Source of the DNA: Candidatus Multivoradales bacterium | Lineage (GTDB): Bacteria; Acidobacteriota; Thermoanaerobaculia; Multivoradales; J023 | DNA: 64,000 nucleotides | Direction: 5' to 3' | NCBI GenBank assembly: GCA_965248925.1 | Contig: CBDFLE010000006.1 | Location: 4,160,001 to 4,224,000, forward strand | Shown here: positions 18,789 to 28,466 of the stretch, in pieces | How the letters are laid out: the number at the start of each line of letters is the position of its first letter | Numbering within the stretch: position 1 is the stretch's first letter | Translations under genes and position numbers: made by a program | Notes under the pieces: model-generated | Database searches by the model: none | What the model saw: the letters and a program-made list of their open reading frames with translations, nothing else | What the model was told of the DNA's origin: nothing

Positions 18789-19781
18789 ATGGCGGCAAAG
18801 AAAAAATCCTCACGGGCGCGAGTTTCGCGTCGTCGGCGGCTGGGGTTTGCCCTCGGCGCGGTGTTGTTGTTCGCCGTTGTGCTCTACTTCGGCGTTGAAC
18901 TGGCGAAGCCGCCTGCCGTTCCGGATCTAACCCAGCTGACCGAGGTCGAGCCCGCAACCGAGAGCCTCGCAGAGGGCCCTGTTCAGTCGTCGGAGCCTGC
19001 TCCTACGGCGGCTGCGGCAGCACCGAGCGGCGCCGCGGCCAAATCCCTAGCGCCGCCATCGCGAAAACCGTTCGAAGTCGTTCGCCAACCCCCTCCGGCA
19101 GCGGCCGAGCGACCGCGAATCGCATTAGTGATCGACGATCTGGGACGCAGCTTGCGCGATGTCGAGGCTCTGGCTGCGTTGGGCATCGAGATCACCTACG
19201 CCGTCTTGCCCTTCGAAACCCGGACCCGTGAAGTGGTGGCGGAGCTGAACGGTCGCGGCGTCGAGTACATCTGTCATATGCCGATGCAACCTCGGGGTGG
19301 GGCCAATCCCGGTCCCGGGGCTCTGACCTTGGCGATGAGTCACGAAGAACTGCGCCAAGCCGCTCGGCAGGCGCTGGCGGCGGTGCCGGGAGCCCGCGGG
19401 GTCAACAACCACATGGGGTCGAGCATTTCCGCCGAGCGCCAGGCGATTTCACAGGTGCTCGCCGTGGTGTCCGAAGCCGGGCTGTATTACCTCGACTCGC
19501 GCACTAGCGCCGACACCCTGGGCTACAGTGTCGCCCGCCAGTTCGGCGTGCCAGCCGGCGAGCGGCAGGTGTTTCTCGACACCGAGCGCGATCCGCGGTT
19601 CATCGAGCAGCAATTCGAACGACTTCTGCGTCTGGCTCGTCAGCGCGGCGGGGTGATCGTCATCGCCCACCCCTACCGCGAAACCCTCGAGATCCTCGCC
19701 CGCGAGATTCCCCGCGCGCGGGCCGCGGGTGTGGACTTTGTGCGGCTCAGTGAGTTGCTCGATAGCGGCGGGGTCAGCTGA
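18789..19781 (+). CDS. Divergent polysaccharide deacetylase (YibQ/DUF610)
   Basis: IALVIDDLG, HMPMQP, GVNNHMGS, LDSRT, VFLD, IAHP. Confidence 0.92.
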   Translation: MAAKKKSSRARVSRRRRLGFALGAVLLFAVVLYFGVELAKPPAVPDLTQLTEVEPATESLAEGPVQSSEPAPTAAAAAPSGAAAKSLAPPSRKPFEVVRQPPPAAAERPRIALVIDDLGRSLRDVEALAALGIEITYAVLPFETRTREVVAELNGRGVEYICHMPMQPRGGANPGPGALTLAMSHEELRQAARQALAAVPGARGVNNHMGSSISAERQAISQVLAVVSEAGLYYLDSRTSADTLGYSVARQFGVPAGERQVFLDTERDPRFIEQQFERLLRLARQRGGVIVIAHPYRETLEILAREIPRARAAGVDFVRLSELLDSGGVS

Positions 19782-20170
19782 GCTGGCGAAAGACCTCCGC
19801 GGGCCGCCGTTGCAGAGCCCGCAGGCTGGCCGCCAGGCCGGTGGTGACCGCTAGCAGGGCGGTGAGCAGGGGTGCCGCGACGAGTTCGCTGAGGGGCCAT
19901 AGCCAGTCGATCTGCATGCCGAAGTGCAACACCGCCCAGCCCAGAGCGGCGCCTCCGAGGGTCTTGTAGAGCGCTCCTTCGGCGCCGCGGTGCAGGGCTC
20001 CGGCGCTGATCGCACTGGCGAGGATGGCCAAGCCGGCGAGCACCGACAGGCCGCCTAGTAGGCGAACCCCCAGGGCCAGTCGGCGGAGAATGGCGGCGAT
20101 CCGTTCGAGTACCTCGCGAATGCGGATCAAGGTGATGTTGGGGAACTCGGCGGCCAGCCGGTCTTGGACC
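19774..20170 (-). pseudogene. 3' remnant of FtsX-like ABC permease (YbbP-like) with internal deletion
   Basis: QDRLAAEFPNITLIRIREVLERI...GALYKTLG then jumps to GAALGWAV...LQRRPAEVFR; no 5' portion. Confidence 0.65.
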
Positions 20171-20226
20171 GCCTGATCTGCGGCGGCTGCTCGATGCGGT
20201 GGACGAAGAGCCGGTCGCCGCCGAAG

Positions 20227-21033
20227 TCAAGACTGCTGCTCGCGGCTCTTGACTTCTTCCCACAGCCGGTCGAGCTCGGCCAAATCGGTGTCGGACAGTT
20301 CGCGGCCGCTGGTCTCGACCGCCTGCTCGACGGCCTGAAAGCGGCGCCGGAACTTACCGTTGGCTTGGGCGAGGGTGGCTTCGGGGTCGAGTTCGAGATG
20401 GCGCGCCAGATTGGCGAGCGAGAACAGCAGGTCGCCGAGTTCTTCCTGCACCGCTGCCCGGCTGGCGCCATCATCCTGCCGCCGTTCGGCGAGGGCTTGT
20501 TCGAGTTCGCCAAGTTCTTCGTAGACCTTGCCCAACACATCGTCCAGCTGCGGCCAGTCGAATCCGACAGCGGCAGCTTTCTGGGTCATGCGATAGGCGC
20601 CGACTAGCGCCGGCAGGGAGGTGGGCACCCCGGCCAGAGTCGAGCGTCGCCCCTCGATTTGACGCTTGCGTCGCTCCCAGGACCTGGCCACCGCCGCGGC
20701 GTCGGCCAGACGCTCGCCGCCGAAGACGTGCGGGTGGCGGTCGATCATCTTTTGGTGGATACGGTCGATCACTGAGGCGAGATCGAAGTCACCGCCCTCG
20801 GCGCCGAGCTGGGCGACGAAGACGACTTGAAAGAGCAAATCACCCAGCTCGCTGGCCAGCTCGTCGAGGTCGCCGCCATCGATGGCCGCCGCGACCTCGT
20901 GCGCCTCCTCGATCAGATAGGCGCGCAAATCTTCGAGGGTCTGGCGGCGATCCCAAGGGCAGCCGTCGGCAGCCCGCAGCCGGGTTATCAGCTCTACCAG
21001 TTTGGTGATGTCGGCGGTGCTTGCGCTAGCCAT
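20227..21033 (-). CDS. mazG: Nucleoside triphosphate pyrophosphohydrolase MazG
   Basis: GCPWDRRQT, EEAHE, ELGDLLFQ, RHPHVFG, GFDW, second EELGDLLF. Confidence 0.95.
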   Translation of the reverse strand: MASASTADITKLVELITRLRAADGCPWDRRQTLEDLRAYLIEEAHEVAAAIDGGDLDELASELGDLLFQVVFVAQLGAEGGDFDLASVIDRIHQKMIDRHPHVFGGERLADAAAVARSWERRKRQIEGRRSTLAGVPTSLPALVGAYRMTQKAAAVGFDWPQLDDVLGKVYEELGELEQALAERRQDDGASRAAVQEELGDLLFSLANLARHLELDPEATLAQANGKFRRRFQAVEQAVETSGRELSDTDLAELDRLWEEVKSREQQS

Positions 21034-21262
21034 CTCGGAGACTCTGAAAGCGGTCTGTCGCTGTCGTCGGCCGAGAATTCACTCTGACTCGCTCGCCAAC
21101 CGGTGAAAACCACTTTCTGTTAAGTTTGCGAGTAAGATATCGGGGGATTCGCATCGCTACCAAACCGGAAGCGGATCCACTCTCGGGTTGCGCGGATCAT
21201 CTCTCGCCGGGCAGCGACGCGCAAGGCCAGGGCGGGCATCCGCAGTGCCGATAGACGAAATC

Positions 21263-23011
21263 ATGCAAACAACAACAGCGGCAGCAACCAGGCGGGGGTG
21301 GGTGAACGTGGCGCTGTTCATCGGCCTGGCGGTGATCGGCGCCGCGCCGTCTGCCACCGCGCAGGGTGAGGAAATCGAACTCCTATCACCCACCCGGCAG
21401 AGCTTGCGCCGGGTCCAAAATGCTTGGCAGCGGTGGGTCAAAGCCTATTACGCCAGTGATCGTCACGCTGCCGATGTGGCGATCGAAGAATCGCTGACCA
21501 TCTGCAACTACTTGGGTATGGAGCGCTTACCGGACCTCAGTCTGGCGGCGGGAGTCTACGCGGTGCGCAGTGCCGCGGCGGGTGACCCGGCGATGGCCAA
21601 TTGGGCGCTGTTGGCCGCACGACGGTTCGATCCCCAAAGGCCGGAGACTGAGTTTGCCGCTGCTGAAGTGGCGCGTCATGAAAACCACTTCCTGGATGCT
21701 GCCCTCGGGCTTGGCCGCGGCTACTTTCGGCTGTTGCGGCAACCTTCAAGCCGCCGTCTGTGGTTTAGCAACGGGCTGCTCTTCATCTTGTACGTGCTGC
21801 TGGTCAGTGGTGGGCTGTTTATCGCCCTACAGATGTTCTCCAAGGGCCAAGCTCTGATGGCCGACCTACAGCAGCGTTTTCTACCCGCTGATTGGCCGGT
21901 GGTGGCGTTGTGGCTGGTGCCGATACCCATGTTGCTGTGGCCGCTGGTTTTGCCCAACGGACTGCTGTGGTTGTTGCTCTATTGGAGCCTCTTGCTGTGG
22001 GGCTACCTCTCTTCTAGCGAGCGCTGGGTGTTGTCGGCGGTCTGGCTGCTCGCCGGCTTGATGCCGGTCGTGTTGCCACTGCAACAGCGCATCGTCCAAC
22101 GCCAACTGTCGCCGTCGGTGCGGCTGCTCGATAGCCTCGCCGAAGGCAGCCTCTATGGTGACTTGTTCATCGATCTAGAGGCTCTCAAGACGGTCTTGCC
22201 CGAGAGCCTGGCAGTCGACGAACTTCGGGCCGACCTCTACCGTCGCTTGGGACAGTGGGAGCATGCCAAGGCTCTCTACCAGCGTCTCACGGAGGCGGAG
22301 CCGGACAACGCCTCGGTACTGATCAATCTGGCGGTCTACGCCCATCGCGAACGCGACTTCAGCCAGGCGATCCAGCTCAATCAGGCCGCCACCGAAATCG
22401 ACTCGAGCTTGGCTGAGGGGTTCTACAATCTCAACCAGGCTTATGCTCAGACCTATGAATTCTCGCGTTCCAATCTGTCGTTGGCACAGGCGCGGGCGCT
22501 CGACAGCGATCGGGTGAGTTCATGGATTGAAGACGAGTCGCGGCGCGAGAAACCGGTGCCGGTCGATGGCAGCCTGCAGCGAGCGCCCGAGATTCGCCAG
22601 GCATTGGATAGCTATTGGGATACCCAGAACCCCACCTTTGCTCGGTGGACGGACTGGCGATCTTGGCAGTCGCTGGTGGCTTTCTTGGTGTTGATGGTCG
22701 GCGGTCGTTGGCTGCGCAGGCTGTTGCGAGATGGAGCAGGGCGGCGCTACTCTCGGGCGGCGCCGGCACCGCACGCGGCCTGGCTGCGGGCTCTCTTGCC
22801 AGGGGCGGTTGCGGCTGAAGACGGGCATGGTACGCGGGCGTTTCTCGCCTTGGTGATACCGGTGGTCTGTTTGATGATTCCCTTGCTTCGGCGCATAGGC
22901 TGGCGTTTGCCGCTGGGTTACGAGCCGGCAGGTTGGCTGTTGGTGATTTTTGCCGCGGCGGCGCTGGCGATACTCTGGTTGATCCGTTTGCGCATCGAGC
23001 TGGCGGACTGA
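21263..23011 (+). CDS. TPR-containing membrane protein
   Basis: Signal-like N-terminus, TM block, TPR-like helices (EPDNASVLINLA, AEGFYNL). Confidence 0.75.
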   Translation: MQTTTAAATRRGWVNVALFIGLAVIGAAPSATAQGEEIELLSPTRQSLRRVQNAWQRWVKAYYASDRHAADVAIEESLTICNYLGMERLPDLSLAAGVYAVRSAAAGDPAMANWALLAARRFDPQRPETEFAAAEVARHENHFLDAALGLGRGYFRLLRQPSSRRLWFSNGLLFILYVLLVSGGLFIALQMFSKGQALMADLQQRFLPADWPVVALWLVPIPMLLWPLVLPNGLLWLLLYWSLLLWGYLSSSERWVLSAVWLLAGLMPVVLPLQQRIVQRQLSPSVRLLDSLAEGSLYGDLFIDLEALKTVLPESLAVDELRADLYRRLGQWEHAKALYQRLTEAEPDNASVLINLAVYAHRERDFSQAIQLNQAATEIDSSLAEGFYNLNQAYAQTYEFSRSNLSLAQARALDSDRVSSWIEDESRREKPVPVDGSLQRAPEIRQALDSYWDTQNPTFARWTDWRSWQSLVAFLVLMVGGRWLRRLLRDGAGRRYSRAAPAPHAAWLRALLPGAVAAEDGHGTRAFLALVIPVVCLMIPLLRRIGWRLPLGYEPAGWLLVIFAAAALAILWLIRLRIELAD

Positions 23012-23027
23012 AGGGCGGTGCTCGACG

Positions 23028-24419
23028 ATGGCGCTCGAAGGTGACCTGCGAAGTTCCTCATTAGGCGACGTGCTGCGGCGGGTGGCCGGGGACCGTGCCA
23101 CCGGCATCCTCACCATCCAGGGTGAAGGCGACATTGTCGCGGTGTCCTTTCTTGGCGGCGAGATCGTCTCAGCCGATGCCTTGAACGAGACCGTCGAAGA
23201 AGGGCTTGGCCAGATTCTCATCGGCGACCTGATGCCGCGAGCCGACTTCGACGCCGCGGCGCGTGAGCACCAGGCCGGTAGTGGTGGCAGTCTGGGTGAC
23301 TTGCTGGTGGGCAAAGGTCTGCTCGATCGAGAGCAGCTACTGCAGGGGATTCGCCAGCAGATCTACGCTCTGCTGCTGCGCGTCCTGCCCTGGCGCCAAG
23401 GTGAGTACAAGTTCTACGGTGGCAACGAGGTTTCGTTCGAGGAGGGCTTCGCCCCGATCTCCATCGAAGAGCTGCTGGTGCGCTTTCGCCGCGACTTGGG
23501 CGGACCCGAGCAAGAAGGGGAGTTGCCAGATCTCGACTCTGTTTATGGCCGAGTGCGGCAGGAGCAAGCGCCGCGAGTCTTGGGCCGTGATGGCGATGGC
23601 AGTGGCGGCGGAGTGTGGATTTCCGAGGACGAGGCGGTGGTCTTGCACAACATCGATGGGCGGCGGCGTGCCCAATCGGTCGGCAAGACGCTGAAATTTG
23701 GCCACTACAAGATGGTCTACAGTCTGCATCGTCTACGCCAGCGGGGCCTAGTTGAAAAGCTGTCCTCGGGGCAGGAGGGTAGCTCTCTGTTGGGCAAGAC
23801 CCTGGACGAGGAGCTAGCGCCTCTGTTGCGCGAGCCTGAGGGGTTTGGGCCCGACGTATTTCGCCCTCCCGATCAGATTCCGGGACCCATCGACCTACAG
23901 TTCGATTTTGGTTCTGAGGAAGCGGATCCTGCCGAGGATCCGGTGGTCGTCGCCGAGCGCTTGGCCGCCGTGACCAGCATGTGGCGTGGCTGGTTGGCGG
24001 GAGTCATGGCGGCCTTGCTGGTGGTGGCGATCCTCGCGTTGCTGCTCGAAAGACCTACCATCCTGCTGTTGCCTTTCCCATGGCAGGCTAGCGATCGAGC
24101 GGCTCATGAACGACAACAGCTGCAGACCCGCTACGCCAAGATCGATCGCGCCGCCAGCACTTTTTTCCTGATGGACGCCTACTTTCCCGACTCGTTGGAC
24201 AGTCTGCGGGGTTTGGGCTTGCTTTGTCGGTCGGATCTGCGCGATACCTCCGGGCGACCACTGCTCTACACCGCTGAAGATGTGGCCTATCGTCTCGAGC
24301 CGCTCAGCCCGGTCGGCGCTCCGTCTCGCCACGGATCAATTACCGACAACCTGCATCTCGACCCGCACTTCTTGCCGGCCACAGTCTCCAGCATTCCCCC
24401 TCTCTTTCTCAAAGACTGA
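23028..24419 (+). CDS. DUF4388 domain membrane protein
   Basis: MALEGDLRSSSLGDVL...TGILTI, WRQGEYKF; single TM near C-terminus. Confidence 0.8.
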   Translation: MALEGDLRSSSLGDVLRRVAGDRATGILTIQGEGDIVAVSFLGGEIVSADALNETVEEGLGQILIGDLMPRADFDAAAREHQAGSGGSLGDLLVGKGLLDREQLLQGIRQQIYALLLRVLPWRQGEYKFYGGNEVSFEEGFAPISIEELLVRFRRDLGGPEQEGELPDLDSVYGRVRQEQAPRVLGRDGDGSGGGVWISEDEAVVLHNIDGRRRAQSVGKTLKFGHYKMVYSLHRLRQRGLVEKLSSGQEGSSLLGKTLDEELAPLLREPEGFGPDVFRPPDQIPGPIDLQFDFGSEEADPAEDPVVVAERLAAVTSMWRGWLAGVMAALLVVAILALLLERPTILLLPFPWQASDRAAHERQQLQTRYAKIDRAASTFFLMDAYFPDSLDSLRGLGLLCRSDLRDTSGRPLLYTAEDVAYRLEPLSPVGAPSRHGSITDNLHLDPHFLPATVSSIPPLFLKD

Positions 24420-24493
24420 GTTGCCGGCCGCGAGCCGAGTTCCGGTGGCGGCTCAGGCGCCGGATCTCAGCGTATTTCTCGGTGCCGGAATAA

Positions 24494-24561
24494 ATATGAG
24501 TCGAGGATTGTCATATATGGTGAGTTCGGTATTGACATCAGCCGACTAAGGTTTGTAGAGT
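24494..24561 (+). promoter_or_regulatory. dnaK promoter with two HAIR-like (HspR) operators
   Basis: TATGAGT-N7-TGTCATA (24495-24515) and ATTGACA-N7-ACTAAGG (24531-24551), compared with HAIR CTTGAGT-N7-ACTCAAG. TTGACA(24532)-18 nt-TAGAGT. Confidence 0.55.
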
Positions 24562-24711
24562 TTGCAGGATCTCGCAGGTCGCGGCCCTGTGGCCTATCGG
24601 TCAAGTGGCCCATCGGCCCATCGGTTTCTTGGGTCGCCCGCCCTCAGCCAGACATGCCACCGCGTGAGATCCCCACGGAGCAGCGAATTTCAGCGTTCAA
24701 GGAGACGTTTT

Positions 24712-26616
24712 ATGAGCAAGATCATCGGTATCGACTTGGGTACGACCAACAGTGTCGTAGCGGTCATGGAAGGATCGGAGGGCAAGGTCATTGCCAACTC
24801 AGAGGGCGCCCGTACCACCCCCTCAGTAGTTGCTTTCACTGACAGCGGCGAGCGCCTGGTGGGCCAAGTGGCCAAGCGCCAGTCGGTGACCAATCCTGAG
24901 AACACCGTCTATTCAGTCAAGCGTTTCATGGGTCGTCGTCACGACGAGGTGTCCGAAGAGCTGAAGATGGTGCCTTACAAAGTCGAGAAGGCAGACAACG
25001 GCGATGTCCGAGTGCGGGCCGAGGGCAAGCTGTTCTCGCCGCCAGAGATCTCGGCGATGATCCTGCAGAAGCTCAAACAGGCGGCTGAGGATCATTTAGG
25101 CGAGAAGGTCGAAGAGGCGGTGATCACCGTTCCGGCCTACTTCAACGATGCCCAGCGCCAGGCGACCAAAGATGCCGGCAAGATTGCCGGGCTCAAGGTC
25201 CGCCGGCTGGTTAACGAGCCCACCGCGGCGGCCTTAGCTTATGGCTTGGACAAGAAAACGGATCAGAAGATCGCGGTCTATGACTTTGGTGGTGGCACCT
25301 TCGACATCTCGATTCTCGAGGTCGGCGAAGGGGTGGTTGAGGTCAAGGCGACCAATGGTGACACCCACCTCGGTGGTGACAACGTCGACCAGAAGGTGAT
25401 CGAGTGGCTGCTGGCCGAGTTCAAGAAGGATCAGGGCGTCGACTTGTCGCAGGACCCGATGGCGGTGCAGCGGCTCAAGGAGTCGGCGGAGAAGGCCAAG
25501 ATCGAACTCTCCTCGACCCAGCAAACCGAAATCAACCTGCCTTTCATCACCGCCGACGCTTCCGGCCCCAAGCACCTCAACATCAAGTTGTCGCGCTCCA
25601 AGCTTGAGCAGCTGATCGGTGATCTGGTCGAGCGCTCCTTCGGCCCCTGCCGCCAGGCGCTGAAGGACTCGGGCTTGAAGGCTGCGGAGATTGACGAGGT
25701 GGTGATGGTCGGTGGCCAGACCAGGATGCCGCTGATCCAGCAGAAGGTGCAAGAGTTCTTCGGCAAGGAGTCGCACAAAGGCGTCAACCCGGACGAGGTG
25801 GTGGCGATCGGCGCCGCCATCCAGGGCGGCGTGCTGCGCGGCGATGTCAAAGACGTGCTGCTGCTCGACGTCACCCCCCTATCGCTCGGCATCGAAACCT
25901 TGGGCGGTGTTTTCACTCGCTTGATCGAGCGCAACACCACCATTCCGACGCGCAAGAGCGAGACTTTCTCAACCGCCGCCGACAACCAAACCTCGGTCGA
26001 GGTTCATGTGTTGCAGGGGGAGCGCGAGATGGCCAAAGACAACCGCACCCTGGGGCGTTTCCATCTGGTGGGCATCCCGTCGGCACCGCGGGGCATGCCG
26101 CAGGTCGAAGTCGCCTTCGACATCGACGCCAATGGCATCGTCAACGTCTCGGCCAAAGATCTCGGCACCGGCAAAGAGCAGAACATCACCATCACCGCCT
26201 CAAGTGGTCTTGGTGAAAATGAGATCGAGAAGATGGTGCAGGATGCCGAGGCCAACGCCGGCGACGACAAAGAGCGGCGCAAGAAGGTCGAGGCTCGCAA
26301 CCAGCTCGACAACTTGGTCTACAGCACCGAGAAGAGCGTCGGGGAGAACAAAGAAAAGCTCTCCGCCGAGGACCTGGGCACCCTCGAAGGAGCCCTTGGC
26401 GATGCCAAGAAGGCGCTCGAGGACGGTTCTTTGGAGGCCATGGAGAAAGCCACTCAGGAACTTACCCAAGCCTCGCACAAACTAGCCGAGGCGATGTATC
26501 AGCAGCAGGCACAAGCGGCTGCCGAGGGCGGTGAGGCCGAAGCGGCGGCTGGCGGTGGCGACGACGAGGTCATCGACGCCGAGGTGGTCGACGTCGAGTC
26601 CGAAGAGAAAGACTGA
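24712..26616 (+). CDS. dnaK: Chaperone DnaK (Hsp70)
   Basis: [43 protein letters not shown]; GGAG RBS. Confidence 0.99.
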   Translation: MSKIIGIDLGTTNSVVAVMEGSEGKVIANSEGARTTPSVVAFTDSGERLVGQVAKRQSVTNPENTVYSVKRFMGRRHDEVSEELKMVPYKVEKADNGDVRVRAEGKLFSPPEISAMILQKLKQAAEDHLGEKVEEAVITVPAYFNDAQRQATKDAGKIAGLKVRRLVNEPTAAALAYGLDKKTDQKIAVYDFGGGTFDISILEVGEGVVEVKATNGDTHLGGDNVDQKVIEWLLAEFKKDQGVDLSQDPMAVQRLKESAEKAKIELSSTQQTEINLPFITADASGPKHLNIKLSRSKLEQLIGDLVERSFGPCRQALKDSGLKAAEIDEVVMVGGQTRMPLIQQKVQEFFGKESHKGVNPDEVVAIGAAIQGGVLRGDVKDVLLLDVTPLSLGIETLGGVFTRLIERNTTIPTRKSETFSTAADNQTSVEVHVLQGEREMAKDNRTLGRFHLVGIPSAPRGMPQVEVAFDIDANGIVNVSAKDLGTGKEQNITITASSGLGENEIEKMVQDAEANAGDDKERRKKVEARNQLDNLVYSTEKSVGENKEKLSAEDLGTLEGALGDAKKALEDGSLEAMEKATQELTQASHKLAEAMYQQQAQAAAEGGEAEAAAGGGDDEVIDAEVVDVESEEKD

Positions 26617-26627
26617 GGCACCTAGGT

Positions 26628-26664
26628 AGAACTCGGGCGGCGCCGGTCGCCCGAGTTCTTTGTT
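26628..26664 (+). terminator. Terminator/attenuator hairpin between dnaK and hspR
   Basis: AGAACTCGGGCG-N8-CGCCCGAGTTCT then TTGTT. Confidence 0.75.
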
Positions 26665-26687
26665 AGATCGGAGAAAGGAGGTAGCCC

Positions 26688-27083
26688 ATGGCGACCGGCC
26701 CGAAAAAGGCGAGCGCCCCGAGGAAGCTCCTGATGATCAGCGCGGTCTCCGAGCGCTTCGAGATTCATCCCCAGACTCTGCGCATGTACGAACGCGAAGG
26801 GTTGATCCAACCTCAGCGTTCCAAAGGCAACACCCGGCTCTATGATCCCGAGACCATTCGTCGTCTGGAGATCATCCTCACTCTGACCCGTGAATTGGGC
26901 GTCAACCTGGCCGGAGTCGAAGTCATCTTGCACATGCGCCAGCAGATGAGCGAGCTGCAAGGCGATCTCGATCGTTCCCTGGACCATGCCCAGCGAGAGA
27001 TCGTCGAACGTCGCGAAGGCGGCGTCCGCCGCCGCCACGCCCTGGTGCGATTGCGCAGCGGCCCGCTGGTGCGCCGTGAGTAA
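26688..27083 (+). CDS. hspR: MerR-family heat-shock repressor HspR
   Basis: MISAVSERFEIHPQTLRMYEREGLIQPQRSKGNTRLY...LGVNLAGVEVIL; directly after dnaK. Confidence 0.88.
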   Translation: MATGPKKASAPRKLLMISAVSERFEIHPQTLRMYEREGLIQPQRSKGNTRLYDPETIRRLEIILTLTRELGVNLAGVEVILHMRQQMSELQGDLDRSLDHAQREIVERREGGVRRRHALVRLRSGPLVRRE

Positions 27084-27333
27084 GAGCCTGGTCAAGTGCC
27101 TCAGTTTTTTACCCCGGCTGGAGCCTGCCTCTGCCGGAGATTTTCGATTTCTGATGGGCGTTGGCTCGCGGACGCGAGCGGCGGCGTTGGCTCGGTAGGG
27201 GAGAACGAGCGATGAAGGCGAAACTGCTCGAAGACGATCAACAACCCACACCTACTCAGGCGCCTGACGGTGCGAAGAGCCACGGCGCGGCCGAATTCGG
27301 CGCTTCGCGCATCTTCGGGGCGCATAGAATCCC

Positions 27334-27471
27334 CGTCCCGCGAGGGACGTTATCTTCCAGCGAGTGATTTCAATCACTTGCGGGGTACCGCAGCCTGCAG
27401 TCGGCGCATCATGCTGCGTTTCCACGAGGGATTGAAATCCCTCGCTAGGGCGTGACGTCCCTGTCGGGACG
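27334..27471. repeat. Inverted pair of REP-like double-hairpin elements (same family as 9493-9608)
   Basis: Inverted copy at 27334-27380 and CGAGGGATTGAAATCCCTCG-CTAG-N-ACGTCCCTGTCGGGACG at 27425-27471. Confidence 0.8.
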
Positions 27472-27608
27472 AAGAGCAATGCGCCTGTTTTTAGGCATTT
27501 GTGTAGCTTCCGAGATGTTGTTGGGGCGGGGGAGTTACCCTCTGAGCTAGAGCGAATGGCTCGGTGACAGGGTGCGGAGGGTCAAAGGTCGAGGGTTTAG
27601 AACCGCGT

Positions 27609-28226
27609 TCAAACCGTGCCGACGCGGGCTTTTTCGATCGCCGCGCGCAAGGTCGACACGTTGCTGACCCCGGGGCGGAAGAAGGCGATCTGGCCTTGGG
27701 GGTCGACGACCATCATCGTCGGCAGGCTGTAGATCTCGTAGCGTTGGGTGATGGTGTCTGCGGGGTCGATCAGCACTGGGTAAGGGAAGGGCCTTTTGGC
27801 GATGTAGCGCCGGACGGTTTCTTCTTTCTCGCCCAGGCTGACGGCGAGGAATTGCACCCCGTGATCGCCAAATTCATCCCGCAGCTCTTCGAGGTACTCG
27901 GCCTGCATGCGGCAAGGCCCGCACCAGGTGGCCCAGAAGTCCACCACCACCACCTGACCTCGAAAATCGGCCGGGCCGAGATCGCCGCCGTCGAGGTTGG
28001 CGGCGCGAAAATCTGCGGAGGCCAGGTCCCCACCAGTGCCGCCGGCAGCGGGTGCCGTGCTAGCGGTTGAAGTCAGGGGTGAACTCAGCCGGATTGATTT
28101 GGCAGCCCAGTTCATTCCCACCACCACCAGCGCGAAGCCAGCGACCGTAAAGAGCAAGAACTTGCCCAGCGAGACCGCGTGGGTCTGCGGGGCGGGTGGC
28201 AGGCTGGTGCTGGAAATCTCGCTCAT
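27609..28226 (-). CDS. TlpA/ResA-family thioredoxin-like disulfide reductase
   Basis: N-terminal [17 protein letters not shown]. Confidence 0.92.
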   Translation of the reverse strand: MSEISSTSLPPAPQTHAVSLGKFLLFTVAGFALVVVGMNWAAKSIRLSSPLTSTASTAPAAGGTGGDLASADFRAANLDGGDLGPADFRGQVVVVDFWATWCGPCRMQAEYLEELRDEFGDHGVQFLAVSLGEKEETVRRYIAKRPFPYPVLIDPADTITQRYEIYSLPTMMVVDPQGQIAFFRPGVSNVSTLRAAIEKARVGTV

Positions 28227-28347
28227 CTGGTTACCTATTTGCTGGCTCTGATCGGTTCGGGTTGGTGGCAGGCCAATCTCTCACAGCTACGGTCGTCGCA
28301 CAGCGACGGATTGGCCGCCGAGCCGCCGCTAGTCTTCGTCTTCGACC

Positions 28348-28419
28348 GACCGTCACCGTATGACCGTCACCGTATGACCGTCACCGTATGACCGTCACTG
28401 TATGACCGTCACCGTATGA
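28348..28419. repeat. 14-bp tandem repeat (GACCGTCACCGTAT) x5
   Basis: Five copies, one with a C>T change, in the intergenic gap. Confidence 0.95.
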
Positions 28420-28466
28420 ATTGACAGTATATGAGTCCGCTGGCGGCGAAGAAAGGCTGCGGCTTG

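Noticed and set aside
17477-18790. 437-aa antisense ORF and similar long shadow ORFs (e.g. 5869-6951, 33477-34442, 58125-59075)
   Set aside because: They overlap well-supported genes, carry no motifs and are expected in high-GC DNA.
24562-24711. Extended DnaK N-terminus
   Set aside because: The canonical [10 protein letters not shown] start with RBS is at 24712.
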